Shown here piece after piece: positions 9,901 to 24,900 of a DNA stretch of 64,000 nt (positions within the stretch are counted from its first letter, which is position 1; each line of letters starts with the position of its first letter). Under the pieces are notes generated by a model. The model ran no database searches. It worked only from the letters and a program-made list of their open reading frames with translations, and was not told where the DNA came from. The stretch is taken from assembly GCA_963734545.1 (NCBI GenBank), contig CAVTHO010000008.1, positions 1 to 64,000 on the forward strand. The letters run 5' to 3'. The position numbers were made by a program, and so were the translations under genes. The stretch is from an uncultured Spirochaetota bacterium (GTDB lineage Bacteria; Spirochaetota; Spirochaetia; SZUA-6; Fen-1364).

Positions 9901-12900
9901 TGTCGAAGTCTTCTCCGCCGAAAATCGTATCGGACCCGCCGATCGTGGGATCCGTGCTGCGGGCAGTATCCAGGGTCGCGGGATCGCCGTCTCTGTCGAA
10001 CCGGACAACGCCGTTGTCGCCCAGGATGACGTCGCTACCGGCGCCTCCCTCGATGGTGTCGTCTGCAGCCCCGCCCAGGACGATGTCACTGCCGTTGTTG
10101 CCATAGATGCTGTCCGCACCGCCGACCTCCGCATCGCGGGTCGTGACAAGCGCCCGCTCTCTCACCACCCCATCGGTCTGGCGGATCGGCACGTCCGTTG
10201 GCAGCTCGAGTCCGGCACCCGGCACTGTCCTCTCGTCCAGACCGATTCCAAGGCGGCTCTTCAGGTTGCCCTGTTCATCCCGGTAATCCACCCTCCCTCG
10301 ATCGCCAAGAATGACGTCGTTGCCCTGGCCGCCGTGAATCGTGTCGCTGCCTTCTCCGCCGAATATGACCAGCGGCAGGGTCGATGCAGCGGCGTCTACG
10401 AAGTCGTCCCCGCCCTCGGTGTTCAAGGCGAAGAAGCCGTCCACGCCAACGTCCAGGGAAACGGCCACCGAGTCGTCTCCGGCGCCGGTGTTCACCATGG
10501 TCATGGTCGGGAACCCGTCGTCCCTCTTCATGGCACCTTCGATGGAAACCTGGTCGCCTCCCGAGCCGAGGAAGATCTCCAGTTGTTCCATGGTGCCGTA
10601 CCTGATCCCGCCGGACATCCCGAGACCTGTGATGGCATCCTCCGTGAGCGTACCGGTGTTCTGCCCCGTATCCCCACTGTCATCCACGTTCAGGATGTCG
10701 TTGCCTTCCTGGCCGTTCAGCGTAAGCAGAGCGTAGACGCCGTTGAGGGTCCCGCCCATGGCGGGCGCCAGGCTCCCGACATTGATGGTGTCGTCTCCGG
10801 CACCGGTATTCAGGGCCATGGCGGCGCTTGTTCCCCGGATGTTGATGGTGTTGCCGCCGGAGCCAAGGCCGATGTTCAGGTGCTCCAGCGCCTCGTAGGT
10901 GATCCCGTCGCTCATACCGAGGCCGATCACGGCGTTCTCGCTCAGCGTGAGAGTGTGTGCCCCCGTATCGCCGCTATCGTCCACGTTCAGCGTATCCTCA
11001 CCCTCTTCACCGTTGATCGTGAGCGGGGCGCCGATGGCGTTGACGGTCCCGTCGCTTCCCGGCGCATTCGAACCGACGTTGATGGTGTCATCTCCGCTGC
11101 CGGCATTGACGGTCATTGCCGCGCCAATTGTCCGGATGTTGACCGTGTCTTCATCGGTGCCCGCGTCGATCGTGACCTCTGCATCGGTCGCCCGCACGTT
11201 CACGGTGTCGCTGCCGGCCCCGGCCGCGAGCGTGGTCGTGCCGGAATGGGTACCCTCGATAGTGAAGGTGTCACCACCGGAACCCAGGCCGATGTCCAGG
11301 TGCTCCAGCGTCTCGTAGCCGATGCCTTCCGGCATTCCCAACCCGGTCAGCTCGATGGCGCTCAGGATGCCGGTACCGCCCAGCGCGTCCCCGGTGTCGT
11401 CCACGTTGAGCGTGTCCTCACCTTCATCGCCGCGCACCGTCAGGCGCGCCGCGATGCCGTTCACCGTCGCCGGCGACAGGCTGCCAACGTTGATCGTGTC
11501 GTTGCCACTGCCCGCATGAATGGTCGTTGCACCACAGATGGTCTGGATGTTGATGGTGTCTCCACCGCTATCGGTCGTCAGGCTCGTTGTCCCGGAATGC
11601 GTGCTCGCAACGGTGAACTCGATGTCGCTGCCGGTAGCCAGGACGATCCTCAACACCTCGACTCCGGTGTAGGCAATCCCGTCCGGCATCTGCAGGCCGG
11701 TGAGCTGCGTGCTCGTGAGGTTGCCGGGCTCGATCGACGGGAAGACCGTCGTGAAGGTCAGTTCGTCCTGGCCCCCGAGCGCCCCGCCGCCATCGACGGT
11801 GAGCATGCCGTTGATCGCGGACCCCTCGGCGGGCAGATCAATCGTCGTGTCGAACGGCCCGTCCGCGGACGGGGCCACGCTGATGAAGTCGGATCCGTCG
11901 CCCGCGTCGATCGTGGTAGGCCCGTTGACGGCGCCCACCTCGATGACGTCCCCCCCGGCACCGGTGCTCAGGACCGTATTGGTTCCATCGCACGTACTCT
12001 CGATCGTGAAGTGATCTCCCCACGCGCCAAGGGCGATGCGTATATCCTCCACCGAGTAGTAGGCGATTCCCGCCGCCATGCCGAGCCCGGTCAGTTGCGC
12101 CCGGGTCAGACGACCGGGGACGGCCTCCTGGTCGTCCCGGTTGTCAACGGTCAGCGCATCGGTTCCCTCACCGGCATTGACAACAAGCTCCGCGGCAATG
12201 CCACCGAGTGTGCCAGGGGTCCCCGGGGCGTTCGACGACACGTTGACCGTGTCATTTCCGGCGCCCAGATCCAGTGTCGCCGTCGCGCCGATCGAGTGCA
12301 CGTTCACCGTGTCCGCGTCGTCGCCCGTGTACACTTCCAGCACGCCGCTGGTCGCATGGATGGCCACGCTGTCGCTGCCCGTCCCAGTGTCCAGCACCGT
12401 GGCGCCCGAATGGGTATCGACGATCGTGATGTCATCCGCGCCCGCGCCGCTGCTCAGGCTGAGTGACTCGAAGTTGCTGTACCCGACCGCCGTCTGGCCG
12501 AGTACCTGAACCGTTGTCGCATCGACGCTCAACGTGTCCGCACCGTCCGTGAGATTCACCTGCAGGCGGTCGGTTGTCCCGGTTCCGCCATCGACGCTGA
12601 GCGTTCCGGTGGTGATCGGATAATCCAGCGTGATGACGTCGTCCGCCGCCTCGCCGCGCAATGTGAGATTCCCGGTCACGCCGGTGCCCGTCAGCGAAAG
12701 CTGGTCCTCTCCCTCTCCACCCGCCACGGTCAGGTTTTCCACGTCGATCAGGGTCACCACCGTGTCTGAGAACTTCACATCGAGACCATCCACCGAAATG
12801 CCGTCGGCGTCCGCGGTGCCGATGACGATGACACTGTCGCCGGCCGACGACGCGCCGCCGTTGACGATGATTGTGGTGCTCGCGCCGGCCGCCAGGTTGA

Positions 12901-15900
12901 CGGTGATCTCGTCGTCCCCGTCTCCGCTGGAGAGGGTGACGGTCGTCGGGAACCCGGAGGTCGCCGGATTGACGGTGATGGCGTCGAGACCGCCCAGGGT
13001 GCTCAGATCGATCTGACCAATGTTGAGATAGTCCGTGGTACTGCCGTTTCGGCTCACGACCAGTTCATCTATCACTACCACGTCGTCGACGTTCGTGGTG
13101 CTGAGCTCAATGCGGTTGTCCCCGGCCCCGCCGTCGATGACCCCGCTCACGACTGACGTCGAGGCCAGGATGAAGCTGTCCGCCGAAGCACCTCCGGTGA
13201 GATTCTCGAAACTGGAGAACGTGGCAGCGCCGCTGTTGATGGTGCCGGCGTCGATACCCAGATTCCATTCGTTGGTCGCGTCCTGTCCGGTCAGATCGTC
13301 GATCAGGGAGGTGCCGACCAGATTCTCAACGCCGTTCAGCCGTCCGCCGATGGCGGTGGCGCTTTCGTCCGCCAGGTCGACACTCACAGCCGAACCGCGC
13401 CCGGCATAGGTGAGCGTGTCGGCCCCCTCACCGCCGTCCAGGTCTCCTTCAATGGCAGCGGTGTCGACGGAGAAGAGGAAAGTGTCTCCGTCCGCGCCAC
13501 CGGTGAGACTTTCCATACCCCGGAAGACCAGGGGGACATCGCCGTCAATGCTTCCTTGACCGGGCCCTGTGATGTGCCAGGTGTTGTCGCCGTCGGGTCC
13601 GATCAACAGGTCGATCCCGTCGCCTCCCGTCAAGTCTATCGTCTCGAGCGTGGGCAGTTTGCGTACGATGATGAAGGTGTCGTTGCCACCCAGGCCGTCA
13701 AACGTCAGGGCGGTCGCGGTGCTGATGACGTACGGATTCCCATTGATGGTCAGGATTCCACCGTTCAAAACGATCGTATCGTCGAGAGGCGTGCCGGCAG
13801 ACGGTACACCGTTCGATTCCTGCACCTCGATCGTGTCGTCGAACAGAACCGTCTTGTTGCCGACAGGGAATTGACCGTTGGCCGTGCCGCTGGCGGCCGC
13901 GCTGGCGGGCAGTCTCAAGGTGTCCTCATCGCCATCGATGCCCTGCGCGGGGCCGCTGTCGCTGATGCTGACGAAGGGGCCGACGGGCTCAAGTCCCTCC
14001 TCCACCTGATAGGTGTCGGAGCCGTCATTGCCGTCGAGGACGACGCTGTCGGCGCCGGACTCGAGCACGTAGAGAGTGTCGTCGCCACCGAGTCCGCCGA
14101 TGCGAACCTCCTCGATTCCCGCGTAGTGGATCTCGGGGTTCATGGTGATGGAGGTGGCGAAGACTCTGAAGATATCCGGTCCTTCGGTGCCGAATATGGT
14201 GAGTCGATCGGCGGCGCCCGCGGAGTCGGCCACAATGGCGCCCGCCACGGTCGCCAGGCATACCGTGATCTGGTCGGACCCGCCACGCCCGTCGATCACG
14301 AGCGGCCCGCTCCACGATTCGGCTTTGATGATGGTGCCGGTATCGCCGCCAAGCAGCCACGCGCTGTTGAAGTTGGCAATCCTCATCGATTCGTCTCCGG
14401 AGCTCAGACGGTCTGTCTGGAGCGTCCAGTCGACATTCGCGTCGGCGACAAGCGTGTTGGTGCCGGCGCCTGCGTCGAAGAAGAACTCGCCCTGGACCTT
14501 CACGTACTCGAGGCCTTCCGGAATCTCCTCGCCCGGTTCCAGTCCACCGAAGTCGCCGTCTTCGATGACGTTACCGACTGCCGGCGGCGCCAGCTCGCCC
14601 GAGTGGACGGTCATCGTGTCGTCGCCGGCACCGGTGGTGACGGTGAAGTTGGCCAGGCCGTAGGCCGTGAGTCCCTGGCTTCCGATCGTGAACTGATCGT
14701 CATGCGAGCCGGTTGAGATAGACACGGCAGCGATGTCGAAAAAGTTCAACGTGGCGGTTGGATTGCCGCCGAGCGTGCCGTGGAGCACATTTGCCTGGGC
14801 GCCCGCAATCAGCGTCTGCTGCAGGACAAGTTCCGTGACATTCCGCGGCGGCGACACCGAACGAACGTAAACGTATCCGGTACCGTCACTATCGATGTTT
14901 TCGCCGGTCCGCTCACCAACCTGCGGCGCGCCGAGCAGCGCGGTATTCCCGTCGATGGCAACCGAGTAACCAACATTGTCACCCGCCCGCGCCCCGTTCC
15001 CGCTTATTGCGCGTGCTTCCGGCAATCTACCCCATTGGCCGTGTGGACGTCCGTATGCGAACACCTGACCCGCATCGAACAGCGTGACACCATCGATATT
15101 CATGACGTCACGGAACGGGGCTCCGATGAGGGCGTGATCTCCGTCGAGGGTGACCGAGAAACCGAACCCGTCACCGGCGGCGGCATCACTCAGGGCGACG
15201 CGCGTGTCCTGCGCCCATCCACCGCTACCGTTCTCGAAGAAGTAGGCCGCACCGGAGTCGAGGACCCCGCCGCTGTCGGCGCCCGAGGCGCCAATCAGGA
15301 TCGACGATCCGCTGATCGACACCGCCTGGCCGAAGTGGTCGCCCGGCGCGCCATCGGCGGCGAAGAGGACAACTTCGAGTGTCCAGCTTGCTCCGTTCTT
15401 GACGTAGACGGTCGCACTTCCTTTGCCCGCCGCCGCGTTCGGCGCACCGACCACGATCCGGCCCGCATCGATGGCCACATCGGTGCCGAACTCGCTGCCA
15501 CTGGCGCCGGCCAGTGTCACGGGAACTTCGGACCAACCCGTCGCAGTCAGGCTGAATACATACGCTGCCTCTTTGCCCACCGAACCGACGACGATGGTGT
15601 CGACATCGATACCGACGGAGTTGCCGAACAGGCGGGAGCCGGCATGCGAGATGACAGCGGCCTGCTGCCAGACCGTGCCAAGCCGTTCGAACACGCAGGC
15701 CGCGCCGCTTCCCCTGCCAGGCGCGCCGACGACAATGGTGTCGCCGCTGATGGCCACACTGCTGCCGAAATCGTCGCCAAGCGCGATACCGTCGGACTGG
15801 AGGATCGCCTGCAAGGTCCACCCGGTGCGTGGGTCGTTCTGGAAGACAAAGGCCGCGCCGGCATTGTCGTAGTCTTTCGCTCCGAGCACCGCGGTATCGC

Positions 15901-18900
15901 CGTCGATGGCGATGTCGGAGCCGAGCTTGCTGCGCTCGATCGGCTCGGGAACCGTTACGGCTCCGGCGACGCTCCAGGCCGGACCGCGTTGGCGGAAGTT
16001 GTACAGGATCTCGCTGTCCTTGGTGCCGACCACGTAGTGACCTTCGCTGACGATCGAAGCGCCGACGCCAAAGTGCTTTGCCGCCGTATCGTTCGCTGTG
16101 CCCAGGGTATTAAACGGTAGCAGCGTGGGGCCGATTTGCGCGTTCGACGTAGCGTCCCTCAGGATCGCAAACCCGGCACCGCCGTTCCCTCCGGGACCGC
16201 CCATGAGCATGCGGTTGCCGGCGATCGCGATCGACCCTTGTATCCCGTAGCCCGCAGAATCGGGCGCGTTAAGGCCGACTGGAATCGACAGCGTGTAGCT
16301 CGAGATCCCAAAGTCGCCGACGATACCCGCACCCGGAAATCCTACGAACAGCTCGCCGGCACTTTGCAGGCCGAGTTCGGTCCCGAGGTCAACATCCGGA
16401 AGATTGCTCGGATATGTATAGTAGTCGGTGGTCCTCAGCGGATCGGCGCTGAAGCCGCCCGCGTACGCAGTCCATGTGTTCGTGACGGCGGCACTCAAAT
16501 TATAGACCGCTACCCGTTCCCTGCCGGGCGCACCAACGACGACCAGGTTGCCGATGATGTCGACGCTGGTTCCCCAGCCGGCGTTGTCGAGACCGGAGAA
16601 CGTGTTAGGCACGGTCTGCCAAGTTCGGCCTCGCGCCGCCATATTCAGTCGTCCGTTGAGGAATCCATTCGTGTATATCGTGATCTGGACCTGGTCATAA
16701 TTCGGATCGAATCTTGGATTGTGGAGGTGGGGATGGCTGTTGATTTCCTGATAGACATAGTTCGAGGTGGAGCCGTCCCAATAGGTCCAGCCGTAGGTAC
16801 TCGTGGAGCTCCAACGCCACGTGCTGTCGCTGTCGTAGGTCGTCCAATCGCTCCAATAGCCGAGCCACGATTCGGGCAACGCGCTATCGTCAGGCATCAG
16901 GAAGAGGTAGGGGGTCGTCCCCCACACGCCGTTGGTCCGTTTGTAGACGAACGCCGCACCGCTCGTCGTCAGCGTTACGCGGTGAGGATCCAGAGACGCC
17001 GGCTGGTTATCCGACTTGTACTGCACCGTCTGCGACGGCGCGCCGACGACGATCAAGTCACCACTCACGGCAACTGATGAGCCGAAGCTCCAGTCCTGGC
17101 CAGAAATGAGGTTCTTTCGCGACCAGTTTTCCCCGCTCGCATCCCGCTCGTAAATCGCGATCTGTCCCAGATGCGCAGTTGTGACTGACGGCGCTCCGAC
17201 AACCAGCGTGCCTGCATCGGCATCGAGATCGACACCAAACTCAAAACGATTGTCCGAAAGGGAGAGCGTCTGCACGTAACGCCAGGAAAGCCCCTCGTTG
17301 ACGTAGACATCGACGGTACCGATCGCCGAAGAGGTTCCCGGCGAAGCGACGAACAATGTGCGCGAACTGGCGTCGTAAGCGGTGCGTGAGCCGAAATTCG
17401 ATGTTGTTGATTGTGCGGGGTCCGGCAGTATTTCCGCACGCAGTGAGGCGAGCGTGACGGCCGGCAGTTGACCGTCGGTGGTGAAGGTCAGGAACCCGCC
17501 GTTGTCGTCGCTGGTCGGTTCGTTGTGCCCCGGCAAGCCGACCATGATCCGCGTGCCGCTGATTGTCACTCCGCGGCCCAACCGATCGGCGGTCTGGTAC
17601 TGGTCGATGAGCGGGTCGCCGGTTTGCGATCCGGCGCCTTCCGCGCCGGCGAAGTACAGTCGACCGCCACCGGACGATCCGCTGGACCGCACCCAGGTCG
17701 ACGGGAGACCCGAGTTTCCGAGCGCGTCCAACTCGTAGAACGCATAAGCCGCGCCGGCATCCATGACGGAGGCGCTGTCGGTACCGGGGGCGCCGACGAC
17801 CACGTAGTCACCGTCTCCATCCACCGACGAACCGAACAGATCGCCGGCAAAACCCTCCTGCGTGGATTCCGATTGCGGCAGTCCGTCGTCCGCGGTCAGG
17901 CGAGCGACACGGACCCAGTGACTGCCGATCTCGTCGAAGACGAAGGCACGACCTTTGTCACCGCTGTGCCATCCTTGCCATTCCAGTTCGGCGCGCCGAC
18001 GACGATACGTGAAATCCCGCCATCCATCGCAATCGAAACCGAGGAACCGAAATGCTCGCCGGCGGTGGGTTCCGACGGTGTCACGTTCTCGTCCAAGGAC
18101 CATCCACTCGCTCCACGCGCATAAACCGTGGCGAACCCACTGCGAATATCGAGGACCAGGCCGCCGGGGGCTCCGACGACGAGACGATTGCCCGAGATGG
18201 CCACCGATCGGCCGAAATCGTCCAAACTGTCGTTGGGCACGCTGAGCGGGGCGCCTTTGGCGATCCATGCCCCGGTCGCCGACCGCTCGAAGATGTAGGC
18301 GGAGTCGTGGGCGGCATTCATGTTGTCCGCGTCATCGCCGGGGGCACCGACAACGGCGACATTGCCGCTGATCCCGACCGATTCTCCAAACCGAGCATGC
18401 TCCAGCGTTGTCCCCGAATCCGGTGCCGGCGTGGGGGCAAACAGCTTTGTCTTCTGCGTCCAGTAGCCATCGACTTTCTCGAATATGTACACCGCCCCCG
18501 CTTCGGTGCCCCGCGAATCATCGTCCGGGGCGCCGATGATCAACCTGGTCGCGCTTTCGTCAATGGCGACAGATTTTCCGAACCCCTGGCCCCCTCCGAT
18601 GCGGTCCTGGGGCAACAACTTTGCGACCTGATGCCATTCATTGTTGATCCACTCATACACCAGCACTGCTCCGCAGGACGCTCCGTCCAGTTCCGCGCCG
18701 ATGATCAGCGTGTTCCCGCTCGATGCGATCGCGCCGCCGATATGCTTCGGTTCCAGGGCCTGGACGTCCACGATGTTCAGCTTGTCACCGACGATCGGCG
18801 GCGTCCACGAAACCACACCGTCGACAGTGACAACGTGGAGCACGAGGTTCTTCAGCTCCAGATCCGCGACCGCGACGGAATCGAGATCCAGAACGGCGGC

Positions 18901-21900
18901 TTCGTCGGAGTGAATGATGGCGAAGTCGGGCAGGCCGTGCACCACCAGCGGCTCCACGTTGGTGAACTCAAAATGGTTGCCCGCCAGCTCTATCGTGCCT
19001 GACCTCTGGGAGGTTGCGCTCGGCCGGTAGGTGCCGCCGCCGGCCACGCCGTCGCCGGCAATGCGGAGCTTGTCCCCGGTGCCCAGCGTGTTGGGTCCGC
19101 CGTTGAAGGTCAGCGAGACTGTGCCGTCGGGCACGCCTTTTTCGAAGTCGACAAACACCGTGTCATCGTCACCTTCGCCGTTGAACACGATCTGGTGGCC
19201 GGTCGCGTCGACACCATTTTCGATGACGAAGGTGTCATTGCCGTCCCCGGAGTTCACGGTGATGTCGCTCTGGTAGCTGCCGCTGACGAGTTGGACAACG
19301 TCGGCGCCGCTGCCGAGCGAGACCACCACCCCTTCGATCAGCCGCGAGCTGATGTTCAGCGGCGGGCTCTGCCGCAGCTTCAGTCCGTCGGCTTCGACGG
19401 CAATTCCGCTGGAGGGGCCCACAAACTCTATTCTCCATTCATTGCCTTCCGCAGCCTGTGTCACGCTGACGTCAACCAAACCGGTGGCCTCGATCAACTC
19501 TTCCAGGCCGCCGGCGCCGGTCGCTGCGGCGTCGAAGGGAATCCCTCGCACGTCGACCTGCCCGCCCGGCGCGCCGGTGATCCGCAGATCAAAGGTGCCG
19601 CCGGTGGCGTCTGTGGACACGGTGAACGTGGATTTTGCCGCGCCGGCGTCTTCCTGGACGTTCACCTCCCCCGCAGAGGAGATGATCACCTGCGAGTACG
19701 AGGTGCTCTGTGGGTCGTCACCGAAGATCTCGCTGAACAGCTGCACCGATTCGGGAGAGGATGTGGGGGGAACCGTCGGCGGATCGGCAGGGAACAGATC
19801 GGCGAACAACTTCTCCACAAAGGCCAGACTGAGAGGGTCGGTCGGCGCCGTGTCCTGGAAGTGAACCGTGTCGTTGCCTGCCTGGCCGTTGACCAACACG
19901 CGTATGCCGCGCGTTGTGGGAGTGGCCGGATCGGCATCGATGGCAAAGCGCTCGAGCGAAAAGCCGCCGGCTGTCTGTTCGCCGATAGTGACAGTGTCAT
20001 CGCCGCCGCCGGCGTTGATTGTGAAGGTCGATGCAATACCCGCCACCGTGCTCTGCTCACGATGGGTGGCTTCGAGGTCGACGATGTCGTTGCCGCCGCC
20101 GGCATTCAGAACCACGGTTTCGATGGTCGTGTAGCGAATCTCGCCGCCGGCGCCGGTGCGCGTGACGGTGGTGAGATCAAGGCCTGGTTCCGTCGGCAGC
20201 TGTTGGTTCGTCACCCGGAAGATCTCGTTTGACGTCGTGCTTTGATCGTTGACGAACAGCGAGTCTCCCGCCTCGGGGCCGTCGCCGTCGATCCGGACAA
20301 CGCCGGCGATTGCGTCCAGGGAACCCTGCGATTCGTTGCCGGGCGTCGTGCCGACGTAGATTTTGTCGAAACCGTCACCGGCTCGCACGCGCACGCTCTG
20401 ATCGGCATTGACAACCGGAATATAGAACCGGTCGGCACCGCCACCGAGCCGAATCTCGACATCGTCACCCGCATCGAACGCGATCGATCCATTGATATCC
20501 AGACCGGTCACGGTATCTCCGAGGAATGTGCCGATGTGTGTTCCCAGATCCCCGGAATCATCCACAATGATCAGGTCGGTGTCGGCGTCCCCCGCAAGCA
20601 TCAGGGGTCCGTCGATGTAGTCGACCCGACCGGGGAAGGTGGGATTCAGGCCGGCGCCGGTTGAACCGACGCGCAGCGTATCGCTTCCGCCGCCGCCGGA
20701 GACCTGCGTCAGGCCGTAATCGCAGGTACTGTCGACGATGAAGTCGTCGTCGCCGCCGCCGAGGAACACGTTGACCATTTCGACGGTGCTGTGGATCGAA
20801 CCGTCGGTCGTGTCGCGGTTGGCGTAGTAGATCGCGGCCGGATAGACCGGCGGATCCTTGACCGAGAGGGCGGCCCCGAAGCGGTCGTTGTGCGTCGTGA
20901 AGCGATCGTTCGTCCCCATGCCCATGCCGGTGATGCTGATCGCCGTCAATTGACCGCCGGCGACCGGATCGATGCCCCTCGGTGCGTCGCCGTAGACATT
21001 CAACGTGTCGGTGCCGTCTTCACCCAGGAAAGCGACGATGCCGCTGATCCCCGCCAGCGTGCGGCCGCTCTTGCCGACATCAAGGGTGTCGTTGCCGCCG
21101 CGCCCTTGCACGTACACGACGACGTCGGAGGCTGCGCTCGTGACTTCGAATTGGTCTTCGCCGGCACCGAGCCCGATCAACACATCGACCCCATCGCTCC
21201 CGGTTGTCGGCGTCGCAAAATCGATGCTGCCCGCCATGCCGAGCCCGGTGATTGAGCCGCCATCGAGCATTCCGACCCGGGGCGCCTGGCTGCCCGCGGT
21301 GCTGACATAGAGGGCGTCGGGAACGGTGCCGGCCGCACTGCCCTTTCCGGTGTGAATCGTCAGCGTCGCGTTGATGTCCGTCAGCTCCCCACCGAGCCGG
21401 GAGAAGACGTCGCCGTCATCGGAGTACGCATTGGTGATGACGAACAGTGATTTTGCGGCGTTGCCTGATATGAAGTATCGATCCGAGCCGTCCCCTCCGT
21501 TGATGGTCATTGGACCATCCACGTACTGGATGAAGAAACGATCGTCCCCGCTGTTGCCATTGATCGTCGTCGAGACGCGGGCAGCGATCTGACCCGGGCG
21601 GCGGAGTTGAATGAAGTCGAAATTGTCGCCGCCCGAAATCGTCAGCGTCTGCGCGACAATGTCGCCGGTGATGTCGATCGTCGAACCAAAGATGTCCGGG
21701 TCAGGATCCGTCGAGTCGCCGTTGACTTCCACCGACGATCCCGCCGTGATCACCGCACCCGATTCGATGTTGACATCGTCTCCGGCGTTGATCGTCACCG
21801 AACCCGCCGCGTCGATCCGCCCGATCGGCACCGTGGTGCCGACGAGCGTCTGACCGCCGGCGCCGGGCAGGTTGAAAGCTTCGGTCGGCTCGGTGGTATC

Positions 21901-24900
21901 GCGGACGCCGATCCGCACATCGCCGCCGGCGGACGCGGCTGCAAGGATGATGACCGCGCCACTGACTTCCATCAGATAGATGCTTTCGTCCGCCTCGACC
22001 CACAGGCGTCCTGCCGCCGGCCGGTGATACGGATCTATTTCCAACCCCGGATCGATCAATTGGTCGACGCCGCCGCCGTGGAACTCCAGATCGTTGGTCG
22101 GGGTACCGATCCCGCCACCGGATACCTGGAGGTCAATGCGGCTCGCTTGAATGTCCGCCCGCATGAAATCGGCGGCAATCGGATCGTTATCGGGCTCGAC
22201 GTCGAAAATCGATCCGCTCCTGACGGTGATGGACACATCTCCATCCTTCGCCAGCGCGCCATCCAGGTTCAGGTCGCCGCTGGTTTCGGTCAGGAAGACG
22301 CTTGTGCCGGCGCTCACCGTCACCTCGCCCGCAGCGATCCGAGAGGAATCTATTTCGAGGAAGTCGGTGACGGTGCCGATCGCTCCATTGGCAATCAACG
22401 TCACGTCTTTTCCGATGACAGAGGGTGTCATCCCGTTGTCGCCCGTCGTCGTCACATCGTAGATATTCGCCGCTTCGTCAGCGGCGCGGAGAGCCGCGTC
22501 GCCTTCGGTTGACTCGACCGTGCCGATCCGCATGTCGCCGACGGTCTCGGTCAAATCGATGCTTCCGTTGAACAACGCATCGATCTGCCCGCTGTCGCCA
22601 TGATCTGTGTGGGCCGTCACATCGATGCGCGGACCGCCGACGTCGGAGTTGGCCGCATGCAGATGTATGTTCGTTCCGGTGATCTGTTCGAAGGAGTAGC
22701 GTGCGTCGGCCGCCACGGCCTGGCCGGTGTCCGTGAAAAGACGGAAATCGAGGGGAGCAGGACTGACCGTGTCGGGATCCGGAGAGAAATGCTCGAGGTA
22801 GACCAATGGATCGGCCGCGTTGACCGTTACCGTGACCCCTGTCGCGAACCCGATGGACGCCGTCTCCTGGAGCGAACTCTGGAAGAGGATGTCCACGTCG
22901 CCGCCCGTCGTCTCGACCCGGCCGGCATTGAAATGGGAGTTGCTGACATCGATGTCGCGCACGCGCCCGGTCAGATTGAGCCAGATGTCGTCCGCGGCCC
23001 GCGCGTCGAAGTCGGTGGCGCGGCGTTCGCTCGTCACGAGGTCGGCATTCAACCGAAGCGCAGCAGAGCCGATCCCCCCTGCCGAGATCAGCTCGATCAT
23101 CTGCCCGCGGAGGATGTCATCGGTGCCGTCGTTGCTCACGATCGCGCCGCCCCGGTTCTCGATCCGGATGAGGCCGACCGGATTCTCCACCAGGCCGTCT
23201 ATGCGAACATCGCCGGTGCCTTCGTTGAGAATGAGAATGTCGAGATCGCCTGCGGGTGCAACGTTGCCAACCTCGAACTCGAGGCTGACACTCTTGGCTC
23301 TGAAGGTGACATCCGGCAGGACAGTGCCATTTGCCAGGTTGATGTCATGGATCACCAGGTCGTTGTCCGACCGGTTGGTGATATCCACCCGCGGGAAGGT
23401 CGATCCGCTGCTTATGGTGCCGCCCGAGCCCCTGATCTCTCCGTCCGGAATGGAAGGGCCGGAAGCGATCACGTCGTCATTGACAGTGAAGGTCGCGCTG
23501 CCGCCGTCGAAGTTCACGATCGGATCCACGCTGATCGCTGCGACGACCGTGCCGGTGGACTGGCCGTTATTTACTGTGACGCCCTCCGCGATCACGATGT
23601 CCCCGCTGGCCGCGATTTCCAACTCCGGCGTGGGATCGGCGAGGAAGGTGAGGTCGCCATTCCAGGTGATCGAACGCCCGGGCAGGAAAGCGCCGGGGGT
23701 TGACCTCGTCTCGTCACCGAACACATCCACATCTGCGGTGGCGCGCCGGAAGAACTGCGTCACGTGCTGACTCGATGCGACGCCAAGGTCGCCGGCAGCG
23801 ACCGTTGCGCCGGCGGCGGCGAAGACGTCATTCAGGCTGTCATAATGCGCCCGGGCTTCGGAATCGGCGTTTGCGTACAGTCCGTCCGTGTCGGCGTCGG
23901 AACGCGAACTCACATTGACGCCCGCATGCTCGGCGGTGATCGTAACCGTCTCGGCCGTGATCGCGGCGTCGGCGGCCAGATCGACCTTCACCGCGTCGTA
24001 GATGTCGATCCTTGCGGCCGCATCGGCATCGGCCACCGCGCCGCCGGATTCCGCTTCAGCAGCGGCGCTCGCTGCCATTCCTGCGACCCTCGAGCGGACA
24101 ATGACCGCGTTGCCCGCCTGAAGCCGGGCGCGTGCGCCGAGGACCGTCTTTGTCACTGCGCGCAGAGTGTCATTGTCCCCGATGGTGAGGAAGGCTGTCG
24201 TGTCGGCGCTGGAGCCCAGACCCGCGGAATCCCCGACTGCGCGAGCTTTGACATTGGTCGCGCTCACCGAATCAACCGTCACGAGATTCTCCGCCCGAAG
24301 ATCCGCGTCGGTACCGATGTCGACTATCGAAGCGTAGATGATGTCCGCAGTGAGGTCGGCATCGGCGAAATCGACCAGCCCGCCTCCGTCGCTGGAGGCG
24401 AGGACCGATCCGTTCACAGCGGCATACGAGCTGACGCTGATGTCATGCGCGGCGCTGAAGGTCGCCGCCCCGATCGCGACGCGGCCGGTGCTGGAAATGG
24501 TGAGATGCGATTCGGCATCGCCGATCGACACCAGGCCGCCGCCGCTGTTGGCGGAAGACGCGGAGGCATTGCCGAAGGCCGCGGCATCGACAGTGATGTC
24601 GTTGCCATCCAGCGAGGCGCCGTCGCCGATGATAGTCGTGACCGTGGGCGTGCTGGACGCGGTGGTTTTCGCGTCGCTCGACCGCACGATGCCGCCGCCC
24701 GAACCGCTGGCCGAGGCAGTGACGACGCCGTCCCCGGAAGGCGCTCCGGCAAGGGCACGGGCCCCCCCGACGCCATCGAGCAGCTGGGTGCCGCTGCCGG
24801 CCGATGTCAGATCGAGCACCAGGCGGTGCGCCCCGCTGCCGCCGTTGGTCAGATCAACGCCCTCGGTGCCGAGCGTGCTCGTGCCGGTCAAGACGGTTGT

